Under the pieces are notes generated by a model. That model made no database searches and had not been told where the DNA came from. It was given only the letters and a program-made list of their open reading frames with translations. From positions 124,001 through 188,000 of IMG/VR virus record IMGVR_UViG_3300050821_002957: DNA of 64,000 nt. One strand, 5' to 3'. Below are positions 29,516 to 40,789 of the stretch, one piece after another. The position numbers were made by a program, and so were the translations under genes. Position 1 is the first letter of the stretch. Each line of letters opens with the position of its first letter.

Positions 29516-30943
29516 ATGAATTTTGAAACTTTGAAGCACACAAACTATGGGGCAACTGTCGTAACGCTCTCGAAGTTTGTTGCATTGGAAAAGGGTGATG
29601 GTGGCCGTCAGGCGTGCGACAACGTGAAAGCTGCGTTGATTTTTGGTATGCAGGTTATCGTCAGCAAGGATGTCGAAGCTGGTTCGGTAGGTCTGTATTT
29701 CCCTGCGGAGACTGCGCTGTCAGCAGAATTCCTGGGTCAGAACAACCTCTATCGCAAGGCCGAGTTTGGCAACACCGATCCCGAAAAGAAGGGATTTTTC
29801 GAGCAGCATGGTCGTGTCCGTGTCGTGAAGTTCCGTGGTCACAAGTCGGAAGGCTTCTGGATTCCGCTGGACTCACTCAAGTATCTGGGCCTGCCGCTGT
29901 CGGAATTTCCAGTTGGTGCTGAATTCGATTTTGTGAACGAACACGAAATCTGCCACAAGTACATTCCTCGCCGTAACCGGGTGTCGAATCCTTGTGCGCC
30001 TCGTGGCCGTAAGGCTCGTGTCGAAGACAAGCTGGTAGACGGTCAGTTCCGTTTCCATATCGATACGGCGCAGCTTCGTCGTAATGCTCATCGTATCGAA
30101 CCGGACACGTTAATCTCGGTGTCTGAGAAGTGGCATGGTACGTCGGCCATCTTCTCGAACATCCTGGTAAAGCGTGATCTGGCGTGGTATGAGCGTGCGC
30201 TGAAGTGGCTGGGCACGAAGATCCAGGAATACGAATTCGGTTTCACCTGGGCGTCTCGCCGTGTTGTGAAGGGTGTGGATGGCGAAGCAAAGAAGGATGC
30301 CGTTCATTTTTACTCGACCGACATCTGGGGCACGGTCGCAAAGGAAGTCCAGGAATTCATTCCGAAGGGCTTCACGATTTACGGCGAAATTGTCGGCTTT
30401 ACGCCGGATGGTGGTGCGATCCAAAAGGGTAAGACTGGTGTTTACCATTATGGTTGCCAGCCGGGTACGCATCGCTTCTTGGTGTATCGTGTCACGTCAA
30501 CGAACTACGATGGTAAGGTCGTAGAACTGGCGTGGCCGCAAATGAAGGAATTCTGCCGCAAGTACGGTCTCGAAATGGTCAAGGAACTATACTATGGCCG
30601 TGCGGATGGATTCTTTCCGATGGATCGAGTTGAAGCGTTCGACAACGAAGGCTATTCAATCGGTAATCGCAACATGACGCTCGACGAATGGCAGGAAGGT
30701 TTTGTCAAGGCGCTTGAAAAGGCGTTTGTCTATGACCAGATGTGCCAACACAACAACATGGAAGTTCCGGCAGAAGGTGTCGTGGTCCGTGTTGAACGCT
30801 ACGACGAATGCGAAGCCTTCAAACTGAAGTCGTTCCTGTTCCTCCAGCACGAGTCTGATCAGTTGGACAAGGGCGAACTGGACATGGAAACGGCAGAAGC
30901 CGAAGGTGGCGCTGACGAAGTTACGGAAGGCGCAGAAGCATGA
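29516..30943 (+). CDS. RNA ligase, DRB0094-like (N-terminal OB-like domain)
   Basis: VKFRGHKSEG, EKWHGTS, IYGEIVG, EGVVVR and FKLKS motifs. Confidence 0.85.
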   Translation: MNFETLKHTNYGATVVTLSKFVALEKGDGGRQACDNVKAALIFGMQVIVSKDVEAGSVGLYFPAETALSAEFLGQNNLYRKAEFGNTDPEKKGFFEQHGRVRVVKFRGHKSEGFWIPLDSLKYLGLPLSEFPVGAEFDFVNEHEICHKYIPRRNRVSNPCAPRGRKARVEDKLVDGQFRFHIDTAQLRRNAHRIEPDTLISVSEKWHGTSAIFSNILVKRDLAWYERALKWLGTKIQEYEFGFTWASRRVVKGVDGEAKKDAVHFYSTDIWGTVAKEVQEFIPKGFTIYGEIVGFTPDGGAIQKGKTGVYHYGCQPGTHRFLVYRVTSTNYDGKVVELAWPQMKEFCRKYGLEMVKELYYGRADGFFPMDRVEAFDNEGYSIGNRNMTLDEWQEGFVKALEKAFVYDQMCQHNNMEVPAEGVVVRVERYDECEAFKLKSFLFLQHESDQLDKGELDMETAEAEGGADEVTEGAEA

Positions 30944-31501
30944 TTGGGAAGTTGACACGCCTGCAATTTGCGGTATGATTGTAGGCGTGTCAATCCCTAA
31001 ATTATCGAACAAGCAAATTACTCTCAATGCAGTCCTCCCTCTGAAAGGCGTAACATTCACCGACCGAGAAGCAATGGATGATGCATTTTTACCGTACTTC
31101 GCACCACTCCAAAATTTCTTCCACGGCGAAGGACATCGTGATCTTGTTGATCGTCTGATTCGTTGTGGATGGATCACTGTAGATCGAGTCAAAGGCACAT
31201 TTACCGTGGTGCTTGAAGAAGGCATCCAAGTTGCAATGCAGGCGACCGACCCAACACAAGGCCCGACTCCTCGCACAGTAGAAATGTCATTTCTGGAAGA
31301 ACATCAGCCGGTGACGCAACTCACTTTCGTTCAGATGCAAATGATCGATGAAGTCGGGAAGCATACATCATATGATCCAGGCCCCAATGAACCGAAGCGA
31401 ATCGCCATTCTTGAAACTCTTATCGATGCAGGTTTGGTTCAAATTTCATATTCATTGACTCCATTGGGCATTGCAGAATTCAAAAAACTCGGATCTATTT
31501 A

Positions 31502-32554
31502 ATGCGTCTGAAAAAAGCATTTTCGTTCGACGACGTGATGCTCGTGCCACGTCTTAGTCACATGAACACCAGGAGCGATGCCGATCTCTCTACGACTGTC
31601 GCTAGTGTACCGTTAAAAATTCCAATCATCGCCGCCAACATGTCTTCCGTGTGTGAAGCAGATATGGCTATTGCTTTGGCACAAATCGGTGGTCTTGGAA
31701 TTATTCATCGCATGTGCTCTGTAGATGAACAAGCAGCAATGGTCAGACATGTTCGTGGAAGTGCTGGAATTGTACGTCCTCTTGAACCACCTGCTGTACG
31801 AGTTGGGTTTTCCATAGGCGTTGGTGAAGATTGGCGTGACCGTATGGATGCTTGCCGACATCATGCTGATATTGTATGCTTAGACATTGCACATGCTCAT
31901 CATCAGCGGGTCATTGAACTGCTCGACAAATATTTTGGAATTTACAAAGACTATCCGATCATCATTGGACAGGTAAGTACGGCTGCTGCGGTTCGTGATC
32001 TTCTCCGGTCGAATCATGTAGCAAAACATTTACCGACGATTGCGTTCAAGACTTCTATTGGCGGCGGCTCGCTTTGTACGACTAGAATCAAAACGGGATT
32101 TGGTGTGCCGACACTTCAGTCAATCATGGACATTCACCAAGTATTTCCTGAAATTAACATCATTGGTGACGGCGGCATCAAAGAATCTGGTGACATCGTA
32201 AAGTCGCTGGCCGCAGGCGCAAGTGCTGTGATGCTTGGCAGTCTTCTTGCCGGAACCGATGAAGCCCCTGGTAGAATCGTAAAGAGTAAAGACATCATGT
32301 TCAAGGTCTATCGTGGTTCGGCGTCGTTCGGTGATAAAGCTCTACGTGGAGAAAAGACACGAAACGTCGAAGGCGAGGAAGCTCTTGTTCCCTACAAAGG
32401 TAGTGTTCATCGTGTCGTCGAAAATTTACTCGATGGAATTCGTAGTGGATTTTCTTACGGTGGTGCTGCTACAATAAATGAATTACAGGACGGAATCGAA
32501 TTCATTGAAATTTCAGCCCACGGTTACCAAGAAAGCCTACCGCATGGTAAGTGA
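31502..32554 (+). CDS. guaB: IMP dehydrogenase / GMP reductase family protein
   Basis: [17 protein letters not shown] and [30 protein letters not shown] motifs. Confidence 0.9.
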   Translation: MRLKKAFSFDDVMLVPRLSHMNTRSDADLSTTVASVPLKIPIIAANMSSVCEADMAIALAQIGGLGIIHRMCSVDEQAAMVRHVRGSAGIVRPLEPPAVRVGFSIGVGEDWRDRMDACRHHADIVCLDIAHAHHQRVIELLDKYFGIYKDYPIIIGQVSTAAAVRDLLRSNHVAKHLPTIAFKTSIGGGSLCTTRIKTGFGVPTLQSIMDIHQVFPEINIIGDGGIKESGDIVKSLAAGASAVMLGSLLAGTDEAPGRIVKSKDIMFKVYRGSASFGDKALRGEKTRNVEGEEALVPYKGSVHRVVENLLDGIRSGFSYGGAATINELQDGIEFIEISAHGYQESLPHGK

Positions 32555-32804
32555 AGAAGAAGTACTGAAAGTATGTGCTAAAGAGCGCCCAGAGTGGAGA
32601 ATGCGCTACAGTCATCGGTATTTCTACATGTCCTGGGGTGCTGATACACTCGCTGAATTGCGGCGGATCGTATCTAATAAAGGTCTTAAATTTGTGATTG
32701 ATAATTCAAAATTTTGATACGAATTATTGTTGGAGTTTTCTTGTGTTTTGCTACCATATTCGTGTATTATGGTGTTCTAAGCTGGGTCGTAAAAAAGAAC
32801 AGAA

Positions 32805-33323
32805 ATGATAGAAGATAGAACGGACTCTCAACACGCAGTTTACGCCGGGACGTTCGATCCATTTACAAAAGGTCATGAGCATGTACTGATGCAGGCGAAG
32901 CCACTCTTCGACCGGATCACACTTGCAATCGGTGTGAACCCAGGTAAGAAGACGATGTTCACGTTGGAAGATCGCCTCGCTATGTTGCGTGATGTAGCAA
33001 ATCAGCACAACAGAATGAAGGTCTCCTCTTTCGAGAATTTGTACCTCATGGATTATGCCGAGAGTATTGGTGCCCGGTATGTAATCAGAGGTCTCCGTAA
33101 TGCAGCCGATTTTGAGTACGAGCTTTCGATTGCTCAAATCAACAAAGGAATTAATCCTCGTATTCGTACAGTATTTTTCATGGCAGATCGTGAATTCGCC
33201 GACATCAGTTCCAGTGTCGTCAAAGGTCTCATCGGCCCGAAGGATTGGCAGAAAGTTATTAAAGAATATTTGCCGATGGAAATGTGGGAACGTTTTTTCA
33301 AAATACTTGACAAGAACTCATAG
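32805..33323 (+). CDS. coaD: phosphopantetheine adenylyltransferase
   Basis: YAGTFDPFTKGH, IRGLRNAADFEYE and ISSSVVK motifs. Confidence 0.95.
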   Translation: MIEDRTDSQHAVYAGTFDPFTKGHEHVLMQAKPLFDRITLAIGVNPGKKTMFTLEDRLAMLRDVANQHNRMKVSSFENLYLMDYAESIGARYVIRGLRNAADFEYELSIAQINKGINPRIRTVFFMADREFADISSSVVKGLIGPKDWQKVIKEYLPMEMWERFFKILDKNS

Positions 33324-33343
33324 AGAGGTTAACATCAAAACTA

Positions 33344-35731
33344 ATGACGAACGGATCAACCAATCATAATAGCGCTCTCGAAACCGTCTTAACCGGCGAA
33401 GCGAGTAAGCTGCTTCATACACACAGTGCCACTGTCTTGGCGAAATACGGAAGCCTTAGGAAGGAATTGGAAGCTCTTCAGAATGCTGTCAATAAGCATG
33501 AAGAGAAAATTTCAAAGTTAGTCAGAACCGCAAAGAAGCAACTCGATCCGTTTTACGATAGGTTTGATCCGACCAGCAAAGCAGGCGTCGAAGACCTCTC
33601 GATTTTCCGGTTCATTGATAACGTCGGCGGCAGTCTGATCAACTTCATGTCGAACAGCAGTGCAAGATTGCAGATGATCCAGATGTATAGTGATCTTCTG
33701 CTTCCGGCGCTTCAACACAAGACCAGTGAACTGTCAGACATCGTTCTGGCAGAAGACAGCGGATCTGAATTGATTCGTACCTGCTCTGCGGAATTTCAAC
33801 AGACTGTACTTGGTTTCGAGAAGTTGTTAGCTTCTATCTACGTCGGCACTCGTGGTGAATACAAGAAGCTCCGTCGTAAGTTCTTGGGCGGAAGTGCGGC
33901 CCCTGATAACGATAACGTCGAAGATCAGTTGCTCATGTCCTTCTTTGGAACCAAACCGCCGCAACGTGAGACGACTGGTCCTGCAACTGCTCTGATCGAT
34001 GAAAACTGTGTTCTGACTCAGTTGCTCATTGACATCGGTGAGAATCTTCCTCGTTTTTACGAAAAGGTCACCCCGATTTTGAAGCGTGGAAAGTTGTCCG
34101 GTAAGACCAAGACGACCAAAATTCTTGACCAGGGTGAAATTGAAGACTGGGCCGGTACGTTGACTTCAATTTCCAATCCGATCTACTGGAAGTACGTCAA
34201 TAATCCTGGCGAACTGACCACGACCATTCTCAGTGTTGTAAAGGCATTCCAGACTGAATACACACAGATTGCAACTGCTCTGCACGCTCTGGTCATGAAG
34301 GCCAATCTCGAACACGAAGAGAAGCGGCGCATCATCGACGATCCGGCTGCGTTGACCAAGCAGTACAATCGTATCAACTTTCTGTCGATCAGACCGTCTG
34401 CTGAAGACATTGCTCCTCGCACCAAAATGGATGCAGATTTGGCAGCAGCACGTACCAAATTGTTTGTCCAGTTGAAAGAGACCATTGATCTTCTATCTCA
34501 GATGGATCACCACGAACAGACCACGGAAGATTTCGCTATCGACCGTGTAAGAAAGGCCATCGAACTGAAAGAAGCGATGGATGACATTCAGCGTACAGAA
34601 GCTCAGAAGCATCTCAAGCGCAATATTGCTGACGACAATGAATTCTACGTCGGCAAGTCGGGCAATCTTGGTTCGATTAGTTCCGAGCGTGAACCTGCTC
34701 CTCGCATCACGTATGACGATGTGATTGGTGCCAGCTTCATCAAGGCCAAGCAGCACGTCGATGAAGTAATCAAGGTTGCTTCTCATCCTCACTTGATGCG
34801 TCTTTCGGCTCCTCGTGGAAATGTGAAGAGCAATTTGCTGTTCATTGGGCCTTATGGTTGCGGTAAGACGGAAATAGCTCGTGCTATCGGTGGTGACAAA
34901 CGTATCATCGGCTTCAACGTTGCTGTTGCAGACATGTTGACTGCTTACATGCACGAATCGGTCAAGAACGTCAAGCGTGTCTATGATTGTGCCAAGGATC
35001 TCCGCAAGGGTTCTCGGTACACCAAGCCGGTTGCAATTTTGATGGACGAGTTTGATCGTCTCTTCAATTACGGCGAAGGTGTTCATGCTGCCTATGATGG
35101 CGGTCGCATGACTGGTGTTCTTCAGGAAATGATGGACGGCGTTGTGGACTACGAAGGTGTGTTCTTGGTCGGCATGACGAACGTTCCGAAGCAAATTCCT
35201 GAAGCTGTTCTGCGTCGGTTCAAGTACGTCGATGTGGTCGGTCAGTTGACGCAGGAAGAGCGGGTCAAGTTGTTCAAGATGTTCCTGACTCGTGGTCTCC
35301 CGGTCGATGAATCCGTCACCGAAGCCGATTATCTGAAGTGGGCCGATATGATGAATCACGCTCCTGGTGATGTCATTGGAAAGGTCACCGACGAAATTCA
35401 CTTCAAGTTCATGCATGAGCTTGTAACCCGAGACGAAAAAATCATCGCCACTCTAGAAAAGTCTTTGTCCAAGAAACTTCGTGATCGTGAAGCCAAGAAA
35501 ACCGACTACACATTCCTGAAGGCAGCACTGGCGAAGCACAAGACGATTGGCGCAGCCGACATCACGACCGCACTGGAAGCAGTCATCGTCCAGCCACAAG
35601 TAAAGATGCAAATCAACAAGGCGAAGCAGACCTACAAGGATGCAGAAGACATCATGAAGGGTTTGAGTGCAATCGGCGAGTCGGACCACGGTTTCCACGG
35701 TCTGAAAAAGTCCCAAATCTGGGGCCAGTAA
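33344..35731 (+). CDS. AAA+ ATPase with long helical N-terminus
   Basis: GPYGCGKT, ILMDEFD and MTNVP..IPEAVLRRF motifs. Confidence 0.9.
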   Translation: MTNGSTNHNSALETVLTGEASKLLHTHSATVLAKYGSLRKELEALQNAVNKHEEKISKLVRTAKKQLDPFYDRFDPTSKAGVEDLSIFRFIDNVGGSLINFMSNSSARLQMIQMYSDLLLPALQHKTSELSDIVLAEDSGSELIRTCSAEFQQTVLGFEKLLASIYVGTRGEYKKLRRKFLGGSAAPDNDNVEDQLLMSFFGTKPPQRETTGPATALIDENCVLTQLLIDIGENLPRFYEKVTPILKRGKLSGKTKTTKILDQGEIEDWAGTLTSISNPIYWKYVNNPGELTTTILSVVKAFQTEYTQIATALHALVMKANLEHEEKRRIIDDPAALTKQYNRINFLSIRPSAEDIAPRTKMDADLAAARTKLFVQLKETIDLLSQMDHHEQTTEDFAIDRVRKAIELKEAMDDIQRTEAQKHLKRNIADDNEFYVGKSGNLGSISSEREPAPRITYDDVIGASFIKAKQHVDEVIKVASHPHLMRLSAPRGNVKSNLLFIGPYGCGKTEIARAIGGDKRIIGFNVAVADMLTAYMHESVKNVKRVYDCAKDLRKGSRYTKPVAILMDEFDRLFNYGEGVHAAYDGGRMTGVLQEMMDGVVDYEGVFLVGMTNVPKQIPEAVLRRFKYVDVVGQLTQEERVKLFKMFLTRGLPVDESVTEADYLKWADMMNHAPGDVIGKVTDEIHFKFMHELVTRDEKIIATLEKSLSKKLRDREAKKTDYTFLKAALAKHKTIGAADITTALEAVIVQPQVKMQINKAKQTYKDAEDIMKGLSAIGESDHGFHGLKKSQIWGQ

Positions 35732-35999
35732 AATCCTCTTTACAATCGTTCATGGATCTGTTAGTATTTGGTCCATGAACGATTCCCTAAAAGGCACAAT
35801 GAATTTGAATGAACTGATCATGGGTGTTCGGGCGGAACCGGCATTTAATGGTAAGGTTCGTCTTAAGTATCTTGCAATTTCAGGAGGCTGTGGCCCGGAA
35901 CTGAGCATGGACTTCGATTTAGCAAGAAAAACCATCATGGCATTGGAAACGGCAATGGCGGGTGGAACCTACGAAAGCGAATAAAGGTACATCTACCTG

Positions 36000-36028
36000 T
36001 TGACAATCGCTCATGAGCCTGCTAGAAT
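36000..36028 (+). promoter_or_regulatory. sigma70-type promoter for a leaderless transcript
   Basis: TTGACA-N17-TAGAAT-N6-ATG. Confidence 0.75.
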
Positions 36029-36034
36029 GGGTTC

Positions 36035-36376
36035 ATGAGCGATTCCTTTTTGAACGGTTCAATGCCTGGAGATTACGTCGAGCTAGGCGATGTCTGCCGA
36101 AAACGCCTGGGAATGCAGTGTCAATACGGCTCCCGGTACGCTAACGATCTCTGCAAAGACCTTCGTTACATCGGAACAACCGCCGACTACCACTCGATGC
36201 AGATTCACCGAGATGACGTTGAAGAGTATGTCGGTCGAGTGGCCATCTATCGCCATAAAATTGGTGCCATTGGGGAAGCCGAATCATTTGCGTTGTGTCC
36301 TGCCGCTCATAGATTTGATTCGCATATTTTTGATGTGGTCGCCGAGTTCATTCGCAAAAAGGACGTAAAATGCTGA
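36035..36376 (+). CDS. hypothetical protein
   Basis: ORF directly after the promoter. Confidence 0.6.
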   Translation: MSDSFLNGSMPGDYVELGDVCRKRLGMQCQYGSRYANDLCKDLRYIGTTADYHSMQIHRDDVEEYVGRVAIYRHKIGAIGEAESFALCPAAHRFDSHIFDVVAEFIRKKDVKC

Positions 36377-36551
36377 GAGTAGGAGATCGTGTTCGCCGAG
36401 AAAAAGAGCTAGGCCGGATTCGGATGACACCAGCAATGGAATACGGTCGATATGAAATCGAATTCGATAACGGTGTGACACTATTTCTGAACGCCGACGA
36501 ATTTGAAGACGTTCCTTTACCACAATTTTGCAGGGATATTTTTGAGGAATT

Positions 36552-37199
36552 ATGAACGAAGACACCATCGAGACACATCCAAGTTACGCCCAGATCAGTG
36601 CCAGCCGAGTGAGTTCAAACCCCGGCGCAACAATGTACGGTTCCAAACTTCAGCATGGTCGTTATATCATCATCACAATCTCGGAATCGGAACTGCATCG
36701 CTCGATTAATTCGGATCGTTACCATGATCGCAAGCAATTGATTCGTGTTCGTCTGACAGAAAACCAGTTCGCAGAATTCATTACGTCATTGAACAGCGGC
36801 GGCGGCGCACCTTGCACTATTGAACGGCAAAACGGCCAACAAATTCCTTCGCCACCATTTCGTGATGAAGTTGGCACCGTCCGAAACGAGTTTGAAGCCA
36901 AGGCCAAGGAAGTCGCCAAGACTCTGGCAGATGCACAGAAGCGTCTCGCTGTAATGATTGCACCGGGTGGCAAGGCTTCCAAGGCCGACCTGAATACTCT
37001 TCAAAGCGAAATTGACAAAGCTGTGCGGGAGATCGGTGCAAACATGCCGTACATGGCCGAGTGCTTTGTCGAAACGATGGAAGAAGTCGTGACCGACGCC
37101 AAGGCCACCATTGAAGCCTTCGCTGCCGACCGTCGTCAGTCTGGTCTCACCGAAGCTCCAGTGTTGACTTTAAACGCCGTCGATGAGGACCCAAAATGA
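36552..37199 (+). CDS. hypothetical phage protein
   Basis: 215-aa ORF with HPSYAQI and G.PCTI motifs; SD gagg. Confidence 0.65.
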   Translation: MNEDTIETHPSYAQISASRVSSNPGATMYGSKLQHGRYIIITISESELHRSINSDRYHDRKQLIRVRLTENQFAEFITSLNSGGGAPCTIERQNGQQIPSPPFRDEVGTVRNEFEAKAKEVAKTLADAQKRLAVMIAPGGKASKADLNTLQSEIDKAVREIGANMPYMAECFVETMEEVVTDAKATIEAFAADRRQSGLTEAPVLTLNAVDEDPK

Positions 37200-37458
37200 C
37201 ACTCAAAATATTGGTCATGTCGGCTTTGGAGACCATTTCCGAAGACGGAGGGTTTCTTCCGGCTACCAAAGATCCTGTCAATGCAACATCGAAGCGAGTG
37301 AAGCCAAATCCGTATGCTGGGTATGCTCCGCTTGCCGACGACATAATCAAGGCTTGGGATGAAGATCCTGACCAGATCGTTACTCCCGATGCCTATGAAG
37401 ACGTTTGTATCGGCATTCATGAATACGCAAAAGCACGCCCACCAAAAAAGAAAGCGTC

Positions 37459-37977
37459 ATGATCCTCGACATTCTCAAAGCGCAAAACCCAGCAGACTTC
37501 ACTTTCCTGAAAAAGAAAGCTGCTGATGTCACTTCATTCGGTGAAGCAATACAAGCTCTTGCCGACCAGATGATTGAAACCATGCTGGCACCAAATGAAA
37601 ATGGAGATCCCAGAGGCGTCGGTTTGGCTGGTCCACAAGTTGGTGTTGGCTTGAACATCTTCGTCATGCGTACCCAACATGGAATCGAACATGACACTCG
37701 TGAATCGATGGTTATCATCAATCCTCACGTCCTAATCGAAACCAATGGCACCGAGGAAGAGATAGAAGGCTGTCTGAGCATTCCCGGCCTCTTAGGGAAG
37801 GTGAAGCGACACAAAGAGCTTGGCGTGGTGTTCTATGACGCCTACGGCCACCGCAAAGGCATGGCCTTGAGCGGTTTCATTGCCCGAGTCTTCCAACACG
37901 AGAAAGATCACCTGGACGGCATTCTCTTTACCGACCGAACCAAAGATTTGTACGTCCCAAAAAAGAAGGCATCATGA
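37459..37977 (+). CDS. def: peptide deformylase
   Basis: GVGLAGPQVG, EGCLSIP and FQHEKDHLDG motifs. Confidence 0.97.
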   Translation: MILDILKAQNPADFTFLKKKAADVTSFGEAIQALADQMIETMLAPNENGDPRGVGLAGPQVGVGLNIFVMRTQHGIEHDTRESMVIINPHVLIETNGTEEEIEGCLSIPGLLGKVKRHKELGVVFYDAYGHRKGMALSGFIARVFQHEKDHLDGILFTDRTKDLYVPKKKAS

Positions 37978-38231
37978 TCATCCTGGTAAAGCCGTGTGTT
38001 CGACCAGAAGACAATTTGAAAGTGGATTATCACGATCAAAATGGTGGATGCTGGTATCGAGCCATCAATGTTGCTGGTCAGTTGTGTTTTGAAGCGACAG
38101 GCGGTGAAGAAGAAGTCGGCGGCTTCATCACGTTAGTCATGCTTGGTGAAGGAATGCAAGTCGGTAACGAATTTTCTTTGACTTTAGTTCCGGCCTAGTG
38201 GTATTCTTTCTTTGGAGGGTTCAACAAACCT

Positions 38232-38462
38232 ATGGCTGACGAAAACAGCGGTCCCCAGATTCAGGGCAAACCGGCAAAAACTGCTTCTGCAATAGAAAAG
38301 GCGCTTCTCGGTGAAATGGCCGAAGCTCGCATCAAAGAGTTCCGTAACAAGCTCAAGGAACTGGTAGTCGCTCGTGACGCCGCACAGAAGGTACTCGACG
38401 GAAAGAACGCAGAGATCAAGGCGCTTTCCGAAGACTACAGCGACGTTCTAGCACCTGAGTAA
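38232..38462 (+). CDS. small coiled-coil protein
   Basis: SD ggagg; 76-aa ORF. Confidence 0.6.
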   Translation: MADENSGPQIQGKPAKTASAIEKALLGEMAEARIKEFRNKLKELVVARDAAQKVLDGKNAEIKALSEDYSDVLAPE

Positions 38463-38477
38463 TTTCATTCAACCGGC

Positions 38478-39167
38478 GTGCAACATCACATTGAAGATCC
38501 CGAAGACAATTGGGGTTATGAAATGATTCCCACGCCGGAATACTCCAAAGAAGATTATGAATACCAGGGAAAAGTGAGCCGCCGCAGAATGTATTTTGTG
38601 AAACCAGTGAAATTTCCGTACAAAGTCGTACTGAACGACAATGACGAAAGTGAATTCCCAGAACCTATGTCTAGCAAGGCAGAACAACACACACGATGGT
38701 ACAATTCAATAGCATTGTATGAGATGGTTCACAATAGCCAGATCGTACTCAATTTTGGTGGATTGCATTATCTAGCCGAAGATCTTGCAAAAGCAGGCTG
38801 GACGTGTAGAATCACATACAATCCCTATGGTGGTCGCACGAAAGTAGTGTTTAATAGCGCCGACCGTCGATCCACATTGTGTTTCCGTGTGGACCGATCA
38901 AAACAAGATTTCAAGTCAAACGACCATGCGCTTCTAAAGCGTCTTGGTGAGGGCACATTCAACATCGTCCCCAAGATCCTGGTCACTGAAAAGGTCATTC
39001 AAAAAGAAGTGGTCACGGAAGTAGTCAAAGAAGTGATAACTGAAGAAGCATCTGATTTTGAACTTTTGGATCGTGTCAATCAGAACATCCAAAAGCGTCT
39101 CAAGGCTCGACCGAAGAGAAAAGCTGTTCCAACTGAGGTTCCGCAGGTAATGAAAGCGGCATCATGA
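38478..39167 (+). CDS. hypothetical protein
   Basis: 229-aa ORF. Confidence 0.6.
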   Translation: MQHHIEDPEDNWGYEMIPTPEYSKEDYEYQGKVSRRRMYFVKPVKFPYKVVLNDNDESEFPEPMSSKAEQHTRWYNSIALYEMVHNSQIVLNFGGLHYLAEDLAKAGWTCRITYNPYGGRTKVVFNSADRRSTLCFRVDRSKQDFKSNDHALLKRLGEGTFNIVPKILVTEKVIQKEVVTEVVKEVITEEASDFELLDRVNQNIQKRLKARPKRKAVPTEVPQVMKAAS

Positions 39168-39571
39168 TAAACAGACTGACCCACGACGAAGAAACTGGCA
39201 AACGCTTTCTGACGAAGGAAGAGCTTGAAGACGGTGCTTATTACGTCGGACATTGCCGGAATGCGTCTGTGGCTCGTTGGAACGCCGAGAAACAACAATT
39301 CTATCACTGGCGAGAGAAGTGGGGAATCTTTTCCACTGAGACTATCAAACATCCAGTCGATGACGAGAAATTTGATGTTTTTCTTCCACATCGAAAACTC
39401 GAAGAACCAAAATTTGAAATCCCATTCGACGAGACTGAGTTCAAAGGGGATAAAAAATTGCTTTATGAGCACAACCTTGAAGTTTGGTGCTATTGTGGGT
39501 TAACCGGCAAGTGCATCCATTGCAAATGTGATGCCCGAGAAAGAGAGCTACAAAACGATGTCGATGCATAG
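39164..39571 (+). CDS. hypothetical phage protein
   Basis: GAYYVGHCRNASVARW motif. Confidence 0.6.
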   Translation: MINRLTHDEETGKRFLTKEELEDGAYYVGHCRNASVARWNAEKQQFYHWREKWGIFSTETIKHPVDDEKFDVFLPHRKLEEPKFEIPFDETEFKGDKKLLYEHNLEVWCYCGLTGKCIHCKCDARERELQNDVDA

Positions 39572-40014
39572 TTACGTCCAGGGAATCAAACCTCCAGACG
39601 AAAAGTTCAACCAGATGCTTACAATTTGGAAGGCATGTATTGATGCAAACGTTAATCCGCCTGCCGCTGTCCATGAATTTTTTCGGGGTGATGTTCCTGA
39701 TGAAAAGGGCGTCATTGTGGACTTACAAGACGGTCATCCAGCAGTGCGGGAATATAAAGTAGACATGCAAGACGGCTTTGAGATCGATCTTCGCAAGCTG
39801 CCGGAAGACATCAAGATCATTCGATTCGTGAATTCGTACTAGGGAGAAACATCATGATCGCTACGAACATTTCTGAAAAAGAAGCAGAGAAGATCGTGGA
39901 TAAACTCATCGACGACTTACAGGGCCGCAGCGGTCTGGGTAATGTCTGGGATGAGATGGATGATGAGATTCGTCGGGATCTCAAAGACGCCTGGATTGAA
40001 ATCGTAATGAAAAC

Positions 40015-40389
40015 ATGACGCAAATCCCGGTCTCTCGGTTGATTGAATTTTACAATCCGTTCGAGTCACCATCGCCTTGGTATGATGTCGAATTGGATTC
40101 TAACCAAAGACTCTCGATGCAGGTTATAAGTGAAGCAATCCGTCGTGAACGTTTCATTTCGTCAAATTGTTACGGAGAAAAATTTGACGACCGCATCTGT
40201 CGAATTGCTTACCTTGTGAAATTCGGATGGTCGGATGCAATTTCACTGAAGATCACAAGTTCAAATTGTAAAATTGAAGATGGCAATCATCGCTTCGCTG
40301 CCGCCATTTTCCGTAAAGATACCTACATTTCTTGCAATCTTTCTGGACAAGTTGGGTATTGTTTCGCTTTGTTCGGAGTCAAACCTTAA
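40015..40389 (+). CDS. ParB/Srx-like domain protein
   Basis: IEDGNHRFAAA motif. Confidence 0.65.
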   Translation: MTQIPVSRLIEFYNPFESPSPWYDVELDSNQRLSMQVISEAIRRERFISSNCYGEKFDDRICRIAYLVKFGWSDAISLKITSSNCKIEDGNHRFAAAIFRKDTYISCNLSGQVGYCFALFGVKP

Positions 40390-40781
40390 GACAGAAACTT
40401 CGGTTCCAGATGAATGGCGAAGGGGATCTCATGGGTATAGCCTTTACCGATCAGATCATTCGAGTGAACCGGCTTCATTTTCTTTCCACGATCTAAAGAC
40501 AATGTGATGTGATAGAGCTTTCCATCTGGACGCTTGGTGCTCCCGTTGATTTCGACGACGAGAGCTTCCAGGCCATCTTGGGATGCATAGCCGACAACAT
40601 GAGCTTCCTTTACAGCAGGCGGCAAGGGATCGCTGCTGCTGGCCGGGAACTTATACGTGACATGGTGACAAATCACTTCAGGATTTTTTGGCTGATAGTG
40701 ATGCAACAATTCACGTCGGCTCGCATCAGTCAATTCGTATGCTGTGTACCCCATTTTATTAAACGCCTCGAAGGTAAGCAT
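40386..40781 (-). CDS. 2H phosphoesterase
   Basis: Two HxT motifs (HHVTY, YHITL). Confidence 0.75.
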   Translation of the reverse strand: MLTFEAFNKMGYTAYELTDASRRELLHHYQPKNPEVICHHVTYKFPASSSDPLPPAVKEAHVVGYASQDGLEALVVEINGSTKRPDGKLYHITLSLDRGKKMKPVHSNDLIGKGYTHEIPFAIHLEPKFLS

Positions 40782-40789
40782 AGCACAAA

